A DNA stretch of 38,458 nucleotides from an uncultured Desulfobacteraceae bacterium. GTDB taxonomy: Bacteria; Desulfobacterota; DSM-4660; Desulfatiglandales; B25-G16. How positions within the stretch are numbered: the stretch's first letter is position 1; every line of letters starts with the position of its first letter. The position numbers and the translations under genes are program-made. The stretch covers positions 1 to 38,458 of the forward strand of contig CAYTDY010000003.1 in NCBI GenBank assembly GCA_964436665.1. The letters run 5' to 3'. Below, one piece after another: positions 35,455 through 38,458 of this stretch. A model generated the notes under the pieces. It made no database searches. It saw only the letters and a program-made list of their open reading frames with translations, and was not told where the DNA came from.

Positions 35455-38106
35455 ATGAGCGACCTTCAAAAAACTATTTTCTATGACCGGCATGTGGCCT
35501 TGGGCGCCAAGATAGTGGAATTTGCCGGTTGGGAGATGCCTATTTTCTACCCCACCGGTATCGTGGAGGAGCATCTGGCCACCCGCAAGGGAGCTGGGTT
35601 TTTTGACGTTTCCCACATGGGACGATTCATCGTCCGAGGTCCTGGTGCGGTGAAATTTCTTCAGCACGTCTTGAGCAATAATGTTGAAGCTCTTGATGTC
35701 AGAGGGATGGGTGCTCAGTACACGCTCATCGCCACCAAAACAGGTGGGGCTGTAGACGATGCATATCTCTATCGCTTTGTCGAGGAGGAGTATCTCTTGG
35801 TGGTAAATGCAGCTAACTACGAGAAGGATTGGAATCACTTCCAGATGTTTTTAAAGGATTTCCACGATGTTGAGCTTATAGACCGCACCGGAGAGATTAT
35901 CATGCTTGCGCTGCAAGGGCCGATGTCACGGCAAATCTTAGAAGAGATTATACAATCAGGTCCTCTCCCGGAACCAATGCGAAACGCCGTGAGTATCGTG
36001 ACGATCTCCGGTTCCAATGTGAAGGTAGCCCGCACCGGCTACACAGGCGAGCCGTTGTGTTTTGAGCTCTTCGCCAGCCAACACGACGGCCCGATGCTGT
36101 GGGACCTGATCGTGGCTAATGGAGCGACTCCCGTCGGTCTTGGTGCGCGGGATACGCTCCGCTTAGAAGCGGGCATGCCACTTTATGGCCATGAATTGGG
36201 TGAAGACCCTGACGGCAAGGAAATCCCCATAATGGCCTGTCCTTTGTCTAAGTTCGCTGTGAGCTTTTCACCATTGAAAGGGGAATTTATAGGCCGTGAG
36301 GAGCTATCTAAGCAACATAAAGCGTTCGAGAAAATCATCTCGCGCGATTACTCGCTCATCAATGACCTGCCGCGCATGATCAAGCCGATCGCTGTTGCAG
36401 GGCGAGGAATTGCCCGTGAGGGATCTAAGGTGTTTAAAGGTGACAGGCACGTCGGCCATGTCACCAGTGGCACGATGATCCCGATGTGGTCCGTCGAGGG
36501 TGAAGGACTGGAATCTGCGCAGACTGACCAACATAAGTTGCGGTCAATCTGCCTGGGATACATTGACAGTGACATCATTGAGGACGAGAGGATCATCTTA
36601 GAGATTCGCGGTAAGTTAGTTGATGCTGTAGTGGTTCCATTCCACATGCGAACTGATGCCCCGTCATACGCCCGCCCGATCGTCTTCGATCACCAATTGC
36701 CGACAAAGGAATTGCCAACCCGTGATGCACCGGCCAAGGCCCGCATTCTTCTCGAAAAAACCGTGGAGAATACTCTCTGGCGACAGCGAGAATGCATTAA
36801 CCTCATCCCCTCTGAGATGACGATCTCGCCGATGGCCAGGCTTCTTTCGGTTATGGATCCGGCCTTTCGCTACGCTGAGCATAAAAAATCCAAGGCATTC
36901 TATGACGCTGACATCTTCTACTACCAAGGAACCGATTTCATCGGTGAGGTAGAGCGGATGCTGGAAGAGGAAATTCGAAAATTCCTTGGCTGCCAGAATG
37001 TTGAGACGCGGCTCATCAGCGGGCAGATGGCTAACATCGCTGTTTTCAGTGCAATTCTCGACTACATCAATCGCGCTGATCGGAAACGTGAGCCTCGACG
37101 AATTCGCCAGGTGATGAGCAACCATATCAGCAAAGGTGGCCACCTCAGCGCCCAGCCTATGGGTGCGCTAAAGGACTACGTGGCCCGGGACCCACATACG
37201 GAGCGCCCGGCCGTGGTGAATTTCCCGGTGCTAGCCGACAATCCTTACAAGACTGATGTGCCAGCCATGTTGAAATTGATCGATGAGTATCGTCCAGAGC
37301 TGATAATTTTTGGCAAGAGCATGGTTTTGCATAAAGAGCCAGTCTTCGAGATCCGCCAGTTCCTCGACGTTCAGGATATTAATGCAGTGGTTATGTACGA
37401 CATGGCTCACGTGCTCGGACTCATCGGTCCATACTTCCAGCAGCCCTTTTCAGAAGGAGCCGATCTTGTCACCGGATCAACACACAAGACATACTTTGGC
37501 ACACAGCGAGGCATCGTCGGGAGCCGTTTTCATGAGCACGAGGAACTTTACGAACTTTGGGAGGCTCTCCTTCGAAGAACTTTCCCCGGTTCGGTGTCCA
37601 ACCATCACCTTGGCACATTGCTGGGTCTGCTGATGGCTGCTTACGAGATGAATCATTTCAAGGACGAATATCAGGCCAAGGTCATTGCTAATTCAAAGGC
37701 ATTTGCCAGGGCGCTAAAGGATTCTGGTCTAAATGTGGCTGGAGACCCCTATATCGACTTCACTGAAACCCACCAGGTGGTGGTGAACGTAGGCTACAGC
37801 CGCGGGCCGGAAATCGCCAAACAACTTGAAGTCAACAACATTATCTGCAACTATCAGGCGAGTCCCGATGAAGAGAGCTTTACTGTCGCCGGCGCTCTGC
37901 GTATGGGCGTATCTGAGATGACTCGCTTTGGTATGGAAGAAGACGACTTCCGCGCCTTAGCTCTGCTGATCCATGACGTGGTGATAAAGGATATTAATGT
38001 CACTGATCAGGTGAAAGCACTCCGGGAACGATTCCGAGAACTTCAGTTCTGCTTCCGTGATGATAAATACGCTGATATATTGCAGAAGCTACATGACCTT
38101 CTGTAA
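35455..38106 (+). CDS. Fusion protein: complete GcvT-type aminomethyltransferase (N, ~400 aa) plus a divergent serine hydroxymethyltransferase-like PLP domain (C, ~450 aa)
   Basis: The N-terminal part has IFYDRHVALGAKIVEFAGWEMPIFYP, FFDVSHMGRF, ARTGYTGE and GLGARDTLRLEAGMPLYGHEL. The C-terminal part has INLIPSEMTISP, GGHLS, DMAHVLGLIG, GSTHKTYFGTQRGIV (PLP Lys context), FPGSVSNHH and LRMGVSEMTRFGM. It is one uninterrupted frame, and the linker lies at about 36655-36745. Confidence 0.85.
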   Translation: MSDLQKTIFYDRHVALGAKIVEFAGWEMPIFYPTGIVEEHLATRKGAGFFDVSHMGRFIVRGPGAVKFLQHVLSNNVEALDVRGMGAQYTLIATKTGGAVDDAYLYRFVEEEYLLVVNAANYEKDWNHFQMFLKDFHDVELIDRTGEIIMLALQGPMSRQILEEIIQSGPLPEPMRNAVSIVTISGSNVKVARTGYTGEPLCFELFASQHDGPMLWDLIVANGATPVGLGARDTLRLEAGMPLYGHELGEDPDGKEIPIMACPLSKFAVSFSPLKGEFIGREELSKQHKAFEKIISRDYSLINDLPRMIKPIAVAGRGIAREGSKVFKGDRHVGHVTSGTMIPMWSVEGEGLESAQTDQHKLRSICLGYIDSDIIEDERIILEIRGKLVDAVVVPFHMRTDAPSYARPIVFDHQLPTKELPTRDAPAKARILLEKTVENTLWRQRECINLIPSEMTISPMARLLSVMDPAFRYAEHKKSKAFYDADIFYYQGTDFIGEVERMLEEEIRKFLGCQNVETRLISGQMANIAVFSAILDYINRADRKREPRRIRQVMSNHISKGGHLSAQPMGALKDYVARDPHTERPAVVNFPVLADNPYKTDVPAMLKLIDEYRPELIIFGKSMVLHKEPVFEIRQFLDVQDINAVVMYDMAHVLGLIGPYFQQPFSEGADLVTGSTHKTYFGTQRGIVGSRFHEHEELYELWEALLRRTFPGSVSNHHLGTLLGLLMAAYEMNHFKDEYQAKVIANSKAFARALKDSGLNVAGDPYIDFTETHQVVVNVGYSRGPEIAKQLEVNNIICNYQASPDEESFTVAGALRMGVSEMTRFGMEEDDFRALALLIHDVVIKDINVTDQVKALRERFRELQFCFRDDKYADILQKLHDLL

Positions 38107-38277
38107 GCAGCGCAATCAACAAGTCAATGCCTCGAGAAGATCCGTTTGCCGTAAATAAAGTCATACCAGCGTGCATATCTGCCAAGCAATCTCTGCTCGA
38201 GAAGGGATAATACATCAATGGAATTATCAAAGATAAGATTAATACCAAGTTGCATTCAAACGGCTACTATTTATAGA

Positions 38278-38458
38278 GGTCATTGCGAACGAATGTGAAG
38301 CAATCCCTGGCCCAGACCCCTGGCCCAGACCTGGCATGCAAGGGCTGAGTTCTATGGATTATACACCCGAAGTATTACAGTTTCTCTACAGTATTCCAGC
38401 AAAGTCGCGCCAGGGCGGGCTCAATAGGATAGATTGCCACGTCGCTTCCCGCCACGTT
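38278..38458 (-). mobile_element. Divergent family C core hairpin (opposite orientation), split by a nested family B element and truncated by the window end
   Basis: GTCATTGCGAACGAATGTGAAGCAATC (38278-38304) and GATTGCCACGTCGCTTC (38432-38448) are the reverse complements of the two core arms of the 19282 and 29291 copies. The outer terminal inverted repeats are not recognisable. Confidence 0.6.
38305..38420 (+). repeat. Family B repeat, copy 3 (116 bp, about 104 bp plus a 13-bp tandem duplication of its 5' end)
   Basis: Reads CCCTGGCCCAGAC CCCTGGCCCAGACCTG...GTCGCGCCAGGGCGGGC. It is inserted in the loop of the family C core hairpin. CAAT precedes the element, and TCAAT follows it. Confidence 0.75.

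Noticed and set aside
35392-37143. Minus-strand ORFs (148, 66, 76, 99 and 159 aa) overlapping the fusion gene
   Set aside because: The G+C-rich coding region generates long antisense frames, and there are no motifs. The plus-strand frame carries continuous GcvT and SHMT signatures.
1-38458. Defence island, prophage, toxin-antitoxin or secondary-metabolite cluster
   Set aside because: I recognised no integrase, transposase, restriction/modification, Cas, abortive-infection, toxin-antitoxin, NRPS/PKS or phage structural signatures in any of the listed ORFs. The accessory-looking content is metabolic (gcv/hdr/fdh/lip and the fusion gene) plus non-autonomous repeats.

Overview
This 38.5-kb window comes from an AT-rich, Gram-negative-type bacterium (it encodes LptE and MurJ), probably an anaerobe. 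I found no rRNA, CRISPR array, transposase, integrase or recognisable defence gene.

Left ~23.6 kb: housekeeping genes, mostly on the minus strand, in conserved syntenic blocks.
- hisB, tRNA-Ala(CGC), and the divergent pair murJ/rpsT
- leuS-lptE-holA
- nrdR-ribD-ribE-ribBA-ribH-nusB
- dCMP deaminase and rpiB
- yceD-rpmF-[plsX remnant]-fabG-acpP-fabF
- a NUDIX hydrolase, cinA and a Memo-like gene

Right ~15 kb: visibly G+C-richer, and the interesting part.
- One co-directional minus-strand block reads lrp/asnC, gcvT-gcvH-gcvPA-gcvPB, a 133-bp MITE, hdrC-like, hdrB-like, a cytoplasmic Cys-type formate dehydrogenase catalytic subunit, lipB, lipA.
- hdrB, fdhA and lipB are separated by only 10 nt and 3 nt, and no dihydrolipoyl dehydrogenase (L-protein) is present in the window.
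- My main hypothesis, which is inference only, is that the FdhA-HdrCB trio is a formate-linked, Hdr-type oxidoreductase acting on the lipoyl disulfide of GcvH. That would make it a glycine synthase / reductive-glycine module.
- Divergent from this block is an 883-aa in-frame fusion of a complete GcvT aminomethyltransferase to a divergent serine hydroxymethyltransferase-like domain. It has the highest G+C in the window. It is preceded by a near-consensus promoter, a ~560-nt ORF-poor leader and a strong intrinsic terminator ending 22 nt before the start codon.

Repeats in the non-coding DNA:
- A 133-bp MITE with 16-bp terminal inverted repeats and a 5-bp target duplication, in two full copies plus one divergent copy.
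- A 104-bp element with conserved ends, in three copies. One copy is nested inside the hairpin loop of the divergent MITE copy.
- A ~92-bp dispersed repeat in two copies.
- Short stuttered k-mer arrays arranged as inverted pairs in almost every intergenic spacer.

The fatty-acid cluster appears eroded. plsX is reduced to a 64-codon in-frame fusion of its N- and C-terminal motifs, fabH and fabD are absent, and a MITE sits at that junction.
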